DNA of 64,000 nt from an uncultured Verrucomicrobiae bacterium (GTDB taxonomy: Bacteria; Verrucomicrobiota; Verrucomicrobiia; Chthoniobacterales; Chthoniobacteraceae): the NCBI GenBank assembly GCA_963836755.1, contig CAWIKF010000001.1, positions 288,001 to 352,000 on the forward strand. The letters run 5' to 3'. The notes beneath the pieces are model-generated. The model had not been told where the DNA came from. It saw only the letters and a list, made by a program, of their open reading frames with translations, and did not search any database. This document shows, piece after piece, positions 20,448-29,090 of the stretch. A program made the position numbers and the translations under genes. Numbering within the stretch: position 1 is the first letter of the stretch; every line of letters starts with the position of its first letter.

Positions 20448-21338
20448 CTACTTGGAGGTTTGAATGGTATGGCTGACGATGAAATCGACCACCGGAGTAG
20501 GATCGTCGAGGCCGTGCGGATGATGGCCGACGCCGGGCTTGTGAATGACTTTCATCTCACCGCCTAGTTCATGATAGCGGCTCTCGACGATGGCGGTATT
20601 TTCCGCGACCGGCACCGTCCTATCGACATCGCCGACGACATGGATGATCGCCACGCCGGCCTTTGCCAACGGCGCGAGGATTTCCGTCGGATTACCCTTG
20701 TAGGCCATCGCCTCGGCTTCATCCTTGAAATGGTAACACTTCTGCAGCAAGGCCCAGTCACTCGCGCTCCCTTCACCGTGGCCTTTGCCGCCGGGCCAGC
20801 TCTTGATATCGCACACCGGCGCGTCGCCATAGATGACCGAAACTTTTTCCGGATGCTCCGCGGCCCAATGGTAGGCGTAAAGTCCGCCGCGACTAACCCC
20901 GGTCAACGCAACTTTTTCCGCGAAACCTTTCGCGCGCAGCGCCTCATAGAACGCATCGAGATGCTTCACCGCATCGGGCGAGCCGAAGGTGTTACCGACA
21001 CTGATGTGAGCGTAGTAAAAACCCTTCGCCAGCAACTGCGGGCCGCCGCAACGCTGCACAAACGCATCGGGAAATTCCATGTTCCAGACCCACCGTTTGC
21101 CCGGCAGCGGCTCTTTCGGTTCCACCACCCACGCCTTGCAGCCATCCACGGTGAAAGTGTGACGCGTGAATCCGTTCCAAATATCTAATTTCTCGTCGGG
21201 CCATGACAGCGGCTCTGCGCGGAGCGAGGAACTGCCGGCCAAAAGAATCGCGGCGAAAGTGCCGACAATATGCATCGGCCGGAACTTTTTACGCAGTGGG
21301 AGGAAAACTTTGCGGGGCTCGGGAGGGAGAGTTGTCAT
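20448..21338 (-). CDS. Alpha/beta hydrolase family protein
   Basis: GVSRGG nucleophile motif, YGDAPVCD, GDVD..VP, GHHPHG; start uncertain. Confidence 0.8.
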   Translation of the reverse strand: MTTLPPEPRKVFLPLRKKFRPMHIVGTFAAILLAGSSSLRAEPLSWPDEKLDIWNGFTRHTFTVDGCKAWVVEPKEPLPGKRWVWNMEFPDAFVQRCGGPQLLAKGFYYAHISVGNTFGSPDAVKHLDAFYEALRAKGFAEKVALTGVSRGGLYAYHWAAEHPEKVSVIYGDAPVCDIKSWPGGKGHGEGSASDWALLQKCYHFKDEAEAMAYKGNPTEILAPLAKAGVAIIHVVGDVDRTVPVAENTAIVESRYHELGGEMKVIHKPGVGHHPHGLDDPTPVVDFIVSHTIQTSK

Positions 21339-21432
21339 GGTGGTAAGACTCAATGGCAGGCGAAGATGGGCGGCAAGGATAAAGCGCTGACAGTCTGACA
21401 AATTTAGCGTTCAATACTTCTATGTTATTCCG

Positions 21433-22933
21433 CTAGGTGCCCGGCGCTTTGGTCTTCGTGGACGTTGGGATATTCCAAGGGACCGCATCGGTGCGAAATG
21501 GCACTGCGGGCAGACCTTCTTTATTCGCAAGGTTCGGCGTCGCCAACTCATCCCATGCGAAGCGCACAGTCGTTGGCATTGCAACTTCGGGACTGCTGAC
21601 CACCACATGATCTCCTTCTATCTTCGCTGTGGCCGGAAAGAATTTCCCATCCTTTCCCGCGATGGTGAAGTAGCTAAGTGGTTTGCCATCCTTGCTCATC
21701 AAACCATCCGCATAGTCAAAGGTTAGGTCTGCCTGGTTACCGTGCACTTCCATCTTTTTAAACATAGGGCCGGAATAGACTACATCCTTGCGGCCATAAG
21801 TCTTCGCCAGCGCCCATAGAGCCAGCCGCTCGCCGACGCTTTTCTTATCATGCGGATGATGGTTGTGGACATCGTCAGTGATGTCGGTAGTCACGATCAT
21901 CCCCGTGTGCGGAATCTTCAGCGCATCGGTTTGCTGTTCCCAGAATACGGCGAGCCGATCCGGGGAATCGGCATCCTTTGGGCCGGGCCGGCCATTGCCG
22001 AAGTAGGTGAAAGGCGCGATCTGCACATAGTAGAACGGAAAATCTTCATGCCATGCGTTGCGCCAGCCCTGGATGAGCGCATACATCTTGTCGGCATAGC
22101 GATTCACCTCGCTGAGCTTGCCGACATTCGACTCGCCTTGATACCAAAGCACGCCTCGGATCGCGTAAGGAATCAGCGGCCCGATCATGCTGTTATACAT
22201 CATCGATAATTGCGGGGTTCCCTTGACCCACGGCTTCTTTGCGAGTTCCACATCATCGGCGAGCGAAGGAGCGAGACTTAGCGCTTCCTTCGGAATCCAG
22301 GGCTCGATCGGCGATCCCCCAAACGACGACTCGATCAAACCGACCGGCACTTTCAATTCCTGATGAATCTTGCGACCAAAGAAATAGGCCGCTGCGGAAA
22401 AGTGCATCGAGGCGAGCGTCTCCGGACTGCACGGCGCCCATGCGATATCGGCGTCAGCGAGGACCACAGGCTTCCGATTTCGCGCGACATTCAAGATCCG
22501 GATTTGCGGATAATTCGCCGCTTTCAACTCCTCCGGATAGTCGCTTCCTGGGTTTGGTCCTTTCGAGGTGGCCAGTGGTTTTTCCATGTTCGACTGCCCC
22601 GAGCAAACCCAGACTTCGCCGACCAGCACGTTGCTGAATTTGATCGTGTTCGTAGCGCTGACGGTCATCTCGGACGGCGTGTCCGAGGCTTTCAGTGGCT
22701 TTAGCGTGACCCTCCAGTGCCCGTCGTCTCCCGCTTTGGCGCTCTCGGTTTGTCCTGCGAAAGTAACAGTGACTTTTTCATTGGGTGCCGCCGTTCCCCA
22801 GACGGGCACGGGCATCTCCCGCTGCAGCACCATGTTATCGCCGAAAATATGCGGCAGCGAAACGTCGGCGTGCAGCGAGCAGGGGACGATCAGGAGAAGG
22901 GCGAGCAGCGCGCAGTCGGAGAGATTTCTTCAT
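21433..22933 (-). CDS. Second sialate O-acetylesterase family protein, with an apparent frameshift in the signal peptide
   Basis: GEVWVCSGQSNM, WYQGESN, HHPHDKK. ATG 22933 (MKKSLR) is out of frame by one base with ALLALLLIVPCSLHADVSLPHIFGDNMVLQ. Confidence 0.85.
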
Positions 22934-22998
22934 AAAGGGGAACGAACAACGGGGAGTTTTGCAGGTTTCGTCCGCGATTCCAGAGTAAAAGCGTCGCT

Positions 22999-23310
22999 GC
23001 AAAGCCATTCCGCGCCTCGGCAGAACGATTCTACGCAGCGGCAGAACCGTTCGGCGCACGGGCAGAATGATTCTGCCGCCCGGCAGAATGGTTCTACGCC
23101 CCGGCGGAATGGTTCTGCCCGCCGGCAGAGGCCTCGGCGCACCGGCAGAATGATTCTGCGCACCGGCGGAACGGTTCTGCCGGTCGGCAGCGGGCTCGGC
23201 GCACCGGCGGAATGGTTCTGCCGGTCGGCAGAGGGCTCGGCGCGTCGGCAGAATGGTTCTGCGCGCTCGCGGAATGGTTCCGCACGGCTGCAGAACGTTG
23301 CTGCCACTCT
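22999..23310. repeat. Tandem array of 15 palindromic units (12 of 21 bp, 3 of 20 bp)
   Basis: Units start at 22999, 23020, 23041, 23062, 23083, 23104, 23125, 23145, 23166, 23187, 23207, 23228, 23248, 23269, 23290. Consensus GC(A/G)GAA-NNN-TTCTGC plus 6 variable nt; short type GCAGAG-GG-CTCGGC plus 6 nt. Confidence 0.93.
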
Positions 23311-23396
23311 GTAAAAGCCCGCAACCGGCTAAAATCAGCCCTCAACCGTGCCTCAACCGCATCCGTTTCCCTTTTGACACAGCCGCGCGCGCCAGC

Positions 23397-24029
23397 TCAG
23401 GCGCGGTCGCCTTTCGCCGTGAGGCGCATGACCAAAATGTAGAGCGCGGTGAAAGCCGCCGCGCCAATCACGATCCAGAGCGATTGGTGCTTGATGAAGT
23501 GGACGAGCGCATCGGGGTTTTGGATCAGGTCGGGCTGCACGCGATACGCCTGCTCGCCGAGCTTCGCCAGCACGAAGCACCAGAGCGCGGAGCCGAGCAC
23601 CGTCATCAGGCTGAAGACGCCGAACGGCATCCGGATGATGCCCGCCGGGATCGAGATGAGATGGCGGATGACCGGCAGGAGGCGTGCGAAAAAGATGCCG
23701 CCGGCTTCGTAGCGGTGCACCCAATGCTCCGCGCGGGTGAGTTTTTCTTCGCTGACCAAAAAGAGCCGCCCCCATTTAACAATGATCACGCGGCCGACCC
23801 AGCGCGAAATCCAATAGCTGATCGCCGCGCCGAGCCACGAGCCGAACGTGCCGGCGGCGATCACGCCCCAGAGGTTCATCTCGCCCTGCGCCGCCCAGAA
23901 CGCCGCGGGCGCGATGACGATTTCGCTCGGCACGGGAATGACGGAGCTTTCCATGGCCATGAGCGCGATGATGCCGAGGTAGCCGCCGTGCTGGACCCAG
24001 CCGAACCAAATGAGCAAAAGCTGATGCAT
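23397..24029 (-). CDS. dedA: DedA family membrane protein
   Basis: LMAMESSVIPVPSE, FFARLLPVIRHLISIPAG. Confidence 0.92.
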   Translation of the reverse strand: MHQLLLIWFGWVQHGGYLGIIALMAMESSVIPVPSEIVIAPAAFWAAQGEMNLWGVIAAGTFGSWLGAAISYWISRWVGRVIIVKWGRLFLVSEEKLTRAEHWVHRYEAGGIFFARLLPVIRHLISIPAGIIRMPFGVFSLMTVLGSALWCFVLAKLGEQAYRVQPDLIQNPDALVHFIKHQSLWIVIGAAAFTALYILVMRLTAKGDRA

Positions 24030-24095
24030 CGCGCTTGTGTAGCAGCGCGAGTTGCCTTTGCCAGATTTTTAAAAAGATGCGCGACTGCGCTGCGG

Positions 24096-24461
24096 CTATC
24101 TGCGCGCCATTTTCACGCCAAAGACAAACCCGCAAAATGCCGCGCACAGCCCGAACGCGAAATAGTTTTCCCGGGCGATTGGCGAGAAAATCAGGATGAA
24201 GCCGTGGCCTTTCATCAAGGACGAAAAACTCGAGACGCAAAACGGGATGAGAAACAGCCGAAACATCGGCCATCCGAATGTTTTCGGGCTCGCCGTGCTG
24301 ATCATCAGCGCGACGCCGACGATGATCGCGATGCCGAACGAGGTGAGCCAGAGATTGCGGTTCGCGTCAAAGTAGCGCGCGGCGAAAAAAAGATACCAGA
24401 TGAAGTAGCACCAGAGGACGGTGCGCACCGCGTTGAGGTTGGCAAAATACTTCATCCCCAA
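24096..24461 (-). CDS. Hypothetical membrane protein (about 4 TM)
   Basis: Hydrophobic ORF co-oriented with dedA. Confidence 0.65.
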   Translation of the reverse strand: MGMKYFANLNAVRTVLWCYFIWYLFFAARYFDANRNLWLTSFGIAIIVGVALMISTASPKTFGWPMFRLFLIPFCVSSFSSLMKGHGFILIFSPIARENYFAFGLCAAFCGFVFGVKMARR

Positions 24462-24498
24462 ATCGTGTAACGGCGCGGCATGCCGGCCGTCAATCGAC

Positions 24499-24621
24499 TT
24501 AGAGCGCCAGCCAGCGAATCGCGAGGAGAATCAAAAAGGCGCCGACGATGAGTTCCACGACGGTGGAAAATTCGCTGCAGCCATGATCGAACTTTTTAAG
24601 GACGGTCTGAAGGGTCTTCAT
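24499..24621 (-). CDS. Putative 40-aa single-TM small protein
   Basis: MKTLQTVLKKFDHGCSEFSTVVELIVGAFLILLAIRWLAL*; AGGTG upstream; fills a gap between co-oriented genes. Confidence 0.45.
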   Translation of the reverse strand: MKTLQTVLKKFDHGCSEFSTVVELIVGAFLILLAIRWLAL

Positions 24622-24660
24622 GCACCTGATGTTTTAAGCATCAGGCGTGCCCTTCGCTGA

Positions 24661-24957
24661 TCAGTAAATATCGAGATTTTCCGAGAGCCCGGAATCTTCG
24701 CGAATCGATTCCAGCCGCCGCCGCATGCCGCGCGCGGATTCGGGACGGTTGATTCGTTTCGCAAAAAAATCGACGACGACCGGCAGCGTGGAAAGCAGGC
24801 CCGCGGAGAGCATCGCGATGGCGGTGTTGCGCTTCACCTTCGCGCCCATCTTGGCGGAAAGGAGAAGGCCGATGCCGCAGCCGACCGCGGTTTGGGTGAC
24901 GGCGACGATACTAGTGACAGGAAGATTGTCGATCAGGCGATGGCGTTGCAGCTGCAT
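24661..24957 (-). CDS. Hypothetical small membrane-associated protein
   Basis: MQLQRHRLIDNLPVTSIVAVTQTAVGCGIGLLL...; start trimmed to avoid overlap with manC. Confidence 0.65.
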   Translation of the reverse strand: MQLQRHRLIDNLPVTSIVAVTQTAVGCGIGLLLSAKMGAKVKRNTAIAMLSAGLLSTLPVVVDFFAKRINRPESARGMRRRLESIREDSGLSENLDIY

Positions 24958-25047
24958 AAACAAAAGGTTTTTAGGTCTGTTTGAAAATAAACTCGAATCG
25001 TCTGAGCCGTATCTATTTAGTAGCACACCCTTGTTCAAGCAAGTTCC

Positions 25048-26124
25048 GTGACACCTTCGCTTTATGTTCTCATTTTGGCCGGCGGCAGCGGCGAACGCTT
25101 CTGGCCATTGAGCCGGCGCGCGCGGCCGAAGCAGCTGCTCGCACTTTTTTCGGAAACGACGCTGCTCGAGGCGACACTCGCGCGACTCAATGGGCTTGTG
25201 CCGCGCGAGAACATTTTGATCCTCACGAACCGCGACCAGGAAAATGCGGTGCGCGAACTGATTCACGATCTGCCTGCGGAAAACATTGTCGCCGAACCCG
25301 CGAAACGCGACACCGCCGCCGCGATCGCGCTCGGCGTCGCGTGGGTCTCACTCCGCGATCCGCAAGCCACGATGATCGTGTTGCCGGCCGATCACATGAT
25401 CAAAGACACGGCGGCATTTCAAAAAACTTTGCGCACCGCCGCCGAAGCGGCCTCGGAGACCGGCGAACTCGTAACCGTCGGCATTCAGCCGACGTGGGCC
25501 TGCCCCGGATTCGGCTACATCGAGCAAGGCGCGAAAATGAAAATCGACGCGCCCGCAGATGCGCCCGACCTTTTTGAAGTGACGAGCTTTCGCGAAAAAC
25601 CGGGCACGGAAATCGCGGAAAAGTTTTTGCGCCAGGGAAATTTTCGCTGGAACGCTGGCATGTTCATCTGGACGCTGGGCTCCATTCTAAGCGCGTTCCA
25701 GCGCCACGCGCCCGAGCTCGCGCAGTTCATCGCGGAGATCAAAGCAGCACAAAACCTCGAGCCGGCGCTCACGGAAAAGTTTGCGGCTCTGCCGAAAATT
25801 TCGATCGATTACGCGATCATGGAAAAGGCCGGGCGCGTCCTGATGGTCGAGGCCGCCTTTGATTGGGACGACGTCGGCGGCTGGACTGCGGTTGCGAAAT
25901 ATTTGCAATCGCATGCGGGCGAAAACATCAGCAATCACGAGGCGCTGACGACGATCGATGCGGAGAGAAACATAGTTTTCACCAGCGGGAAAAAACAGGT
26001 CGCGCTGCTCGGCGTTCAGGATTTGATCGTCGTTCAGACCGACGACGCGCTGCTCGTTTGTCATCGCGACGAAGCGGAGAAAATCAAAAACCTCGTTGCG
26101 AAAATCCCGCCGGAACTACAATGA
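25048..26124 (+). CDS. manC: Mannose-1-phosphate guanylyltransferase
   Basis: ILAGGSGERFWPLSR, EPAKRDTA, FREKP, WNAGMF, ISIDYAIME, WDDVGGW. Confidence 0.93.
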   Translation: MTPSLYVLILAGGSGERFWPLSRRARPKQLLALFSETTLLEATLARLNGLVPRENILILTNRDQENAVRELIHDLPAENIVAEPAKRDTAAAIALGVAWVSLRDPQATMIVLPADHMIKDTAAFQKTLRTAAEAASETGELVTVGIQPTWACPGFGYIEQGAKMKIDAPADAPDLFEVTSFREKPGTEIAEKFLRQGNFRWNAGMFIWTLGSILSAFQRHAPELAQFIAEIKAAQNLEPALTEKFAALPKISIDYAIMEKAGRVLMVEAAFDWDDVGGWTAVAKYLQSHAGENISNHEALTTIDAERNIVFTSGKKQVALLGVQDLIVVQTDDALLVCHRDEAEKIKNLVAKIPPELQ

Positions 26125-26543
26125 ATCGCGCTCTCGGCATTGATCTCGGTGAAGCGCGCATCGGCCTCGCCATTTCGGATGAACTCGGCATGCTCGCGCA
26201 TCCGCTGGAAACGATTGCGGTCAAAATTGTCGCGGATCCGATCGCACGCATCGCCGAAATTGTGACGCGCGACAAAGTTGGCATGATCGTGCTCGGCATG
26301 CCGCGCAACATGAACGGCACTTACGGTCCAGCCGCCGAAAAAGTGAAAACTTTTGCTCAACAACTAAAGGAGCGGGTCGCGTGCGAAATCAAACTTTGGG
26401 ACGAGCGGCTCACGACCGTCGCGGCTCAAAAGTCGCTGCACGCCGGCGGCAAAAATGCAAAGCAAAGTCGGGCGGTCGTCGATCAAGTCGCGGCGCAATT
26501 GATTTTGCAGGGCTATCTCGACGGCCAGGCGATGCTCGGCTGA
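26121..26543 (+). CDS. ruvX: RuvX/YqgF pre-16S rRNA nuclease
   Basis: LGIDLGEARIGLAISD, WDERLTT, VDQVAAQLILQ. Confidence 0.93.
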   Translation: MNRALGIDLGEARIGLAISDELGMLAHPLETIAVKIVADPIARIAEIVTRDKVGMIVLGMPRNMNGTYGPAAEKVKTFAQQLKERVACEIKLWDERLTTVAAQKSLHAGGKNAKQSRAVVDQVAAQLILQGYLDGQAMLG

Positions 26544-27268
26544 TGCCGCGGTTGAAGCTTGTCATCGCCTACGACGGGCACCCATTCAGCGGCTGGCAGA
26601 GCCAGGCGGGTGGAAACACCGTGCAGGATTTTTTGCAACAAGCGTTCGAGAAAGTTTGTGGCGAAAAACTCGTCGTTCACGGCGCCGGCCGCACGGATGC
26701 TGGCGTGCACGCGCTCGCGCAATGCGCGCACGTGGATGTGCCGCCGCAAAAGATCGACTGGCGCGCCGCGCTCAATGCCCATCTGCCGCGCACGATTCGG
26801 GTGATGCGCTGGGCACAAGCGCGCGTCGATTTTCACGCGCGTTTTTCTGCGACAGGAAAAGTTTACCGATACCGCATCTGCCGCGCGCCAGTGCTTCCGC
26901 CGCTGGAATTGCATCGCGCGTGGCATTTTTCTTCCGAGCTCGATCTCGATGCAATGCAGCACGGCGCAAAACATTTTCTCGGCTCGCATGATTTCGCAGC
27001 CTTCGCAGCGAATCGCGGGAAGCCGGTCAGGAGCACGATCCGCACGATTCACAGTCTTGAAATCCGCAGCCGCGGCACGGAGATCACGCTGACTTTTTCG
27101 GGCGACGGTTTTCTTTATAAGATGGTCCGGCTGATGACCGGCGCACTGGTGCGCGTGGCGCAGCATCGGCACGAGCCGGAGTGGATCACGACGCTTTTGG
27201 CAGGAGAAACAAAGTGCACATTCGCCGCGCCCGCCGACGGCCTTTATCTAGTGCGCGTGCTTTATTGA
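26543..27268 (+). CDS. truA: tRNA pseudouridine(38-40) synthase
   Basis: AYDG..FSGWQ, AGRTDAGVHA, FHARF, GFLYKMVR. Confidence 0.96.
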   Translation: MPRLKLVIAYDGHPFSGWQSQAGGNTVQDFLQQAFEKVCGEKLVVHGAGRTDAGVHALAQCAHVDVPPQKIDWRAALNAHLPRTIRVMRWAQARVDFHARFSATGKVYRYRICRAPVLPPLELHRAWHFSSELDLDAMQHGAKHFLGSHDFAAFAANRGKPVRSTIRTIHSLEIRSRGTEITLTFSGDGFLYKMVRLMTGALVRVAQHRHEPEWITTLLAGETKCTFAAPADGLYLVRVLY

Positions 27269-27810
27269 GCCGCTGGCGAGGCGGAGCTGGTCGCTTCGGG
27301 CGCGCCCGGTTTCCGGATCACGATCGCGTATTTCTCGATCACCGCCTGCGCGCCGGCCAATTGGCAGACATAGCGTAGTGCCTCGGTGAACGGCACATTG
27401 GAAAGGCTCAGCGAGACCGGCTTGTTCATCTCCGCTGCCGGCAGCTGGCTAACGAATGAGACGACGACCTGTTGTTTCGCAGCCTGCTGTTTGAGGAATT
27501 CCAGCGCCGAACTGAGCGACGCATCCTGAAATTTGACCGCAGGCAGAATCAGCGTGCGCAGTTGTTTCTCCTCCTTATTGCCGCGCCCCTGCGCTTCCTG
27601 CGCGAGGATTGTGCGCAGATAATTGCGCGCGACCACATTCGACGGATCCATCTGGAGCACGGTGCTGAATTTCGCTTTCGCCGTCGCGAGATCGCCGGCG
27701 AGATATGCGCGCTGCGCTTCTGAGGAAAGCTGCGACGTGCCTTGTGCGAAACCAGACGATGCAACCGCGAGAAGAAGTGTCGAGAGAGCCGGGAGGGATC
27801 GAAGTTTCAT
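27262..27810 (-). CDS. Secreted protein with a TPR-like segment and an STN/secretin-N-like domain
   Basis: Signal peptide; AYLAGDLATAKAKF..VLQMDPSN; ILPAVKFQDASLSSALEFL; VSLSLSNVPFTEALRYVC. Confidence 0.65.
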   Translation of the reverse strand: MKLRSLPALSTLLLAVASSGFAQGTSQLSSEAQRAYLAGDLATAKAKFSTVLQMDPSNVVARNYLRTILAQEAQGRGNKEEKQLRTLILPAVKFQDASLSSALEFLKQQAAKQQVVVSFVSQLPAAEMNKPVSLSLSNVPFTEALRYVCQLAGAQAVIEKYAIVIRKPGAPEATSSASPAAQ

Positions 27811-27867
27811 CCTGTCAGCATCGCCGCTGCGGTGTCTTTCGCAACGGCGATGCACAAGTTCAGGACG

Positions 27868-28128
27868 TTAGAAACCGAACGTGAATGCGAACCGCGGCCG
27901 CGAGTAGTGCGGCCGATAGTAATAATGCGGCTCGTAGTAACCCGAATAATATGGCTCGGAGTAAACGACTGCGCGCGGTCGGTAGTAACCATAATATGGC
28001 TCATAATAAACCGCGCTGTCCCTGTCGTAACAATAATGATGCCCATGATGGTCGTAGGCGGAGGCCTTCGGCACCAGCACGGCGCTGAAAGTGATTAGAG
28101 CCCCGATCGCTAAAAAGAGTGTTTTCAT
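27868..28128 (-). CDS. Small secreted Tyr/His-rich low-complexity protein
   Basis: Signal peptide ending ASA; YYEPYYGYYRP-like repeats; C-terminal FAFTFGF. Confidence 0.7.
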   Translation of the reverse strand: MKTLFLAIGALITFSAVLVPKASAYDHHGHHYCYDRDSAVYYEPYYGYYRPRAVVYSEPYYSGYYEPHYYYRPHYSRPRFAFTFGF

Positions 28129-28170
28129 ATACCTAATTCGACGCAGAGCCGCCCGCTGTATTCATTGGTT

Positions 28171-29019
28171 TCAAAATCCTTCGTGCGGTTTCAATTTTTG
28201 CGCAGAGAGCGTTTCGATTTCTTCGCCGGGTGCAAACGTGCTGCTGATGCGCGCAATTTTTCGCAGGGTCACGCGATCGCCATCAATGTCCACAAACATC
28301 CGGCCGCCGATTGTGGAAAGGTAGCTTCCGGTGTTGACGACGATCCGCGGCCCGCGCCGCCAGACGCCGCAGAGATGCGTGTGCCCCACGATGATGATCC
28401 GCGCGCGGGGCCGAAAAACACGCGCCAGCGCCACGGCCTTTGACGGCATTTCGATCCAACATTTCACGATCTGAAGAGGTCGCCACGGCGGCCAGCATTC
28501 GCGCGCGATCGTGAGCAACGAAGCGAATGGCCCGCGCGGGATCGACGGCTTGTGCAGCTCGAGCGCGAGCGATGCGCGCTTGTTCGCGGAAAGGCGCTGC
28601 TCGAAGTCGTGAAACGCATCCTCCGGCAGCGCCGACAGCTCTTTCACGTGCGCCTCGCGCATGATTTTTGCCTCCGTTCCCCACGGGGCGATGTCGTGAA
28701 AAAGCATGTCGCCGTGCGTGACCAGCACCGCGCCGCCTGCGAGATCGAGATGGCTCTGCGCGGCAATGATCGGGTCGTGATTGCCGTTGAGGAAAACCGC
28801 CTCCGCGCCTTCACCGGCGCACAATTGAGCGATCGCCGAAGCGCCGCGTTTGCCGCGCGCGCGGCCGCGCAGATAACGCATCTCGACGGTGTCGCCATTG
28901 AAAACAACCGTTCGCATTCCGCGAAACAACGGCAGCAGCGACTCAGCGCTCTCGATCAAGCTCGCAGGATGTCCGAAATGCAAATCGGATAAAATGCGGA
29001 TCGGTTCAGCCAGAGACAT
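28171..29019 (-). CDS. Calcineurin-like metallophosphoesterase
   Basis: SDLH, NGD, GNHD, THGD, GHTH, NTGS motifs. Confidence 0.88.
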   Translation of the reverse strand: MSLAEPIRILSDLHFGHPASLIESAESLLPLFRGMRTVVFNGDTVEMRYLRGRARGKRGASAIAQLCAGEGAEAVFLNGNHDPIIAAQSHLDLAGGAVLVTHGDMLFHDIAPWGTEAKIMREAHVKELSALPEDAFHDFEQRLSANKRASLALELHKPSIPRGPFASLLTIARECWPPWRPLQIVKCWIEMPSKAVALARVFRPRARIIIVGHTHLCGVWRRGPRIVVNTGSYLSTIGGRMFVDIDGDRVTLRKIARISSTFAPGEEIETLSAQKLKPHEGF

Positions 29020-29090
29020 TTGTTCTTCTCAATGTAACGCGCAGCGCGAAACGGCTGCACGCAATTCGACTCTCGCGGCAGTCGCGAAAA

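Noticed and set aside
22999..23310. Calling the repeat arrays CRISPR arrays
   Set aside because: Repeats are about 15 bp and degenerate, linkers are only about 6 nt, and no cas genes are in the window
23340..23359. CCTCAACCG direct repeat beside array 1
   Set aside because: Only two 9-bp copies with no counterpart at array 2; too weak to interpret
13800..23400. Prophage, integron or IS as the cause of the accessory block
   Set aside because: No integrase, transposase, att-like direct repeat or adjacent tRNA could be identified by eye
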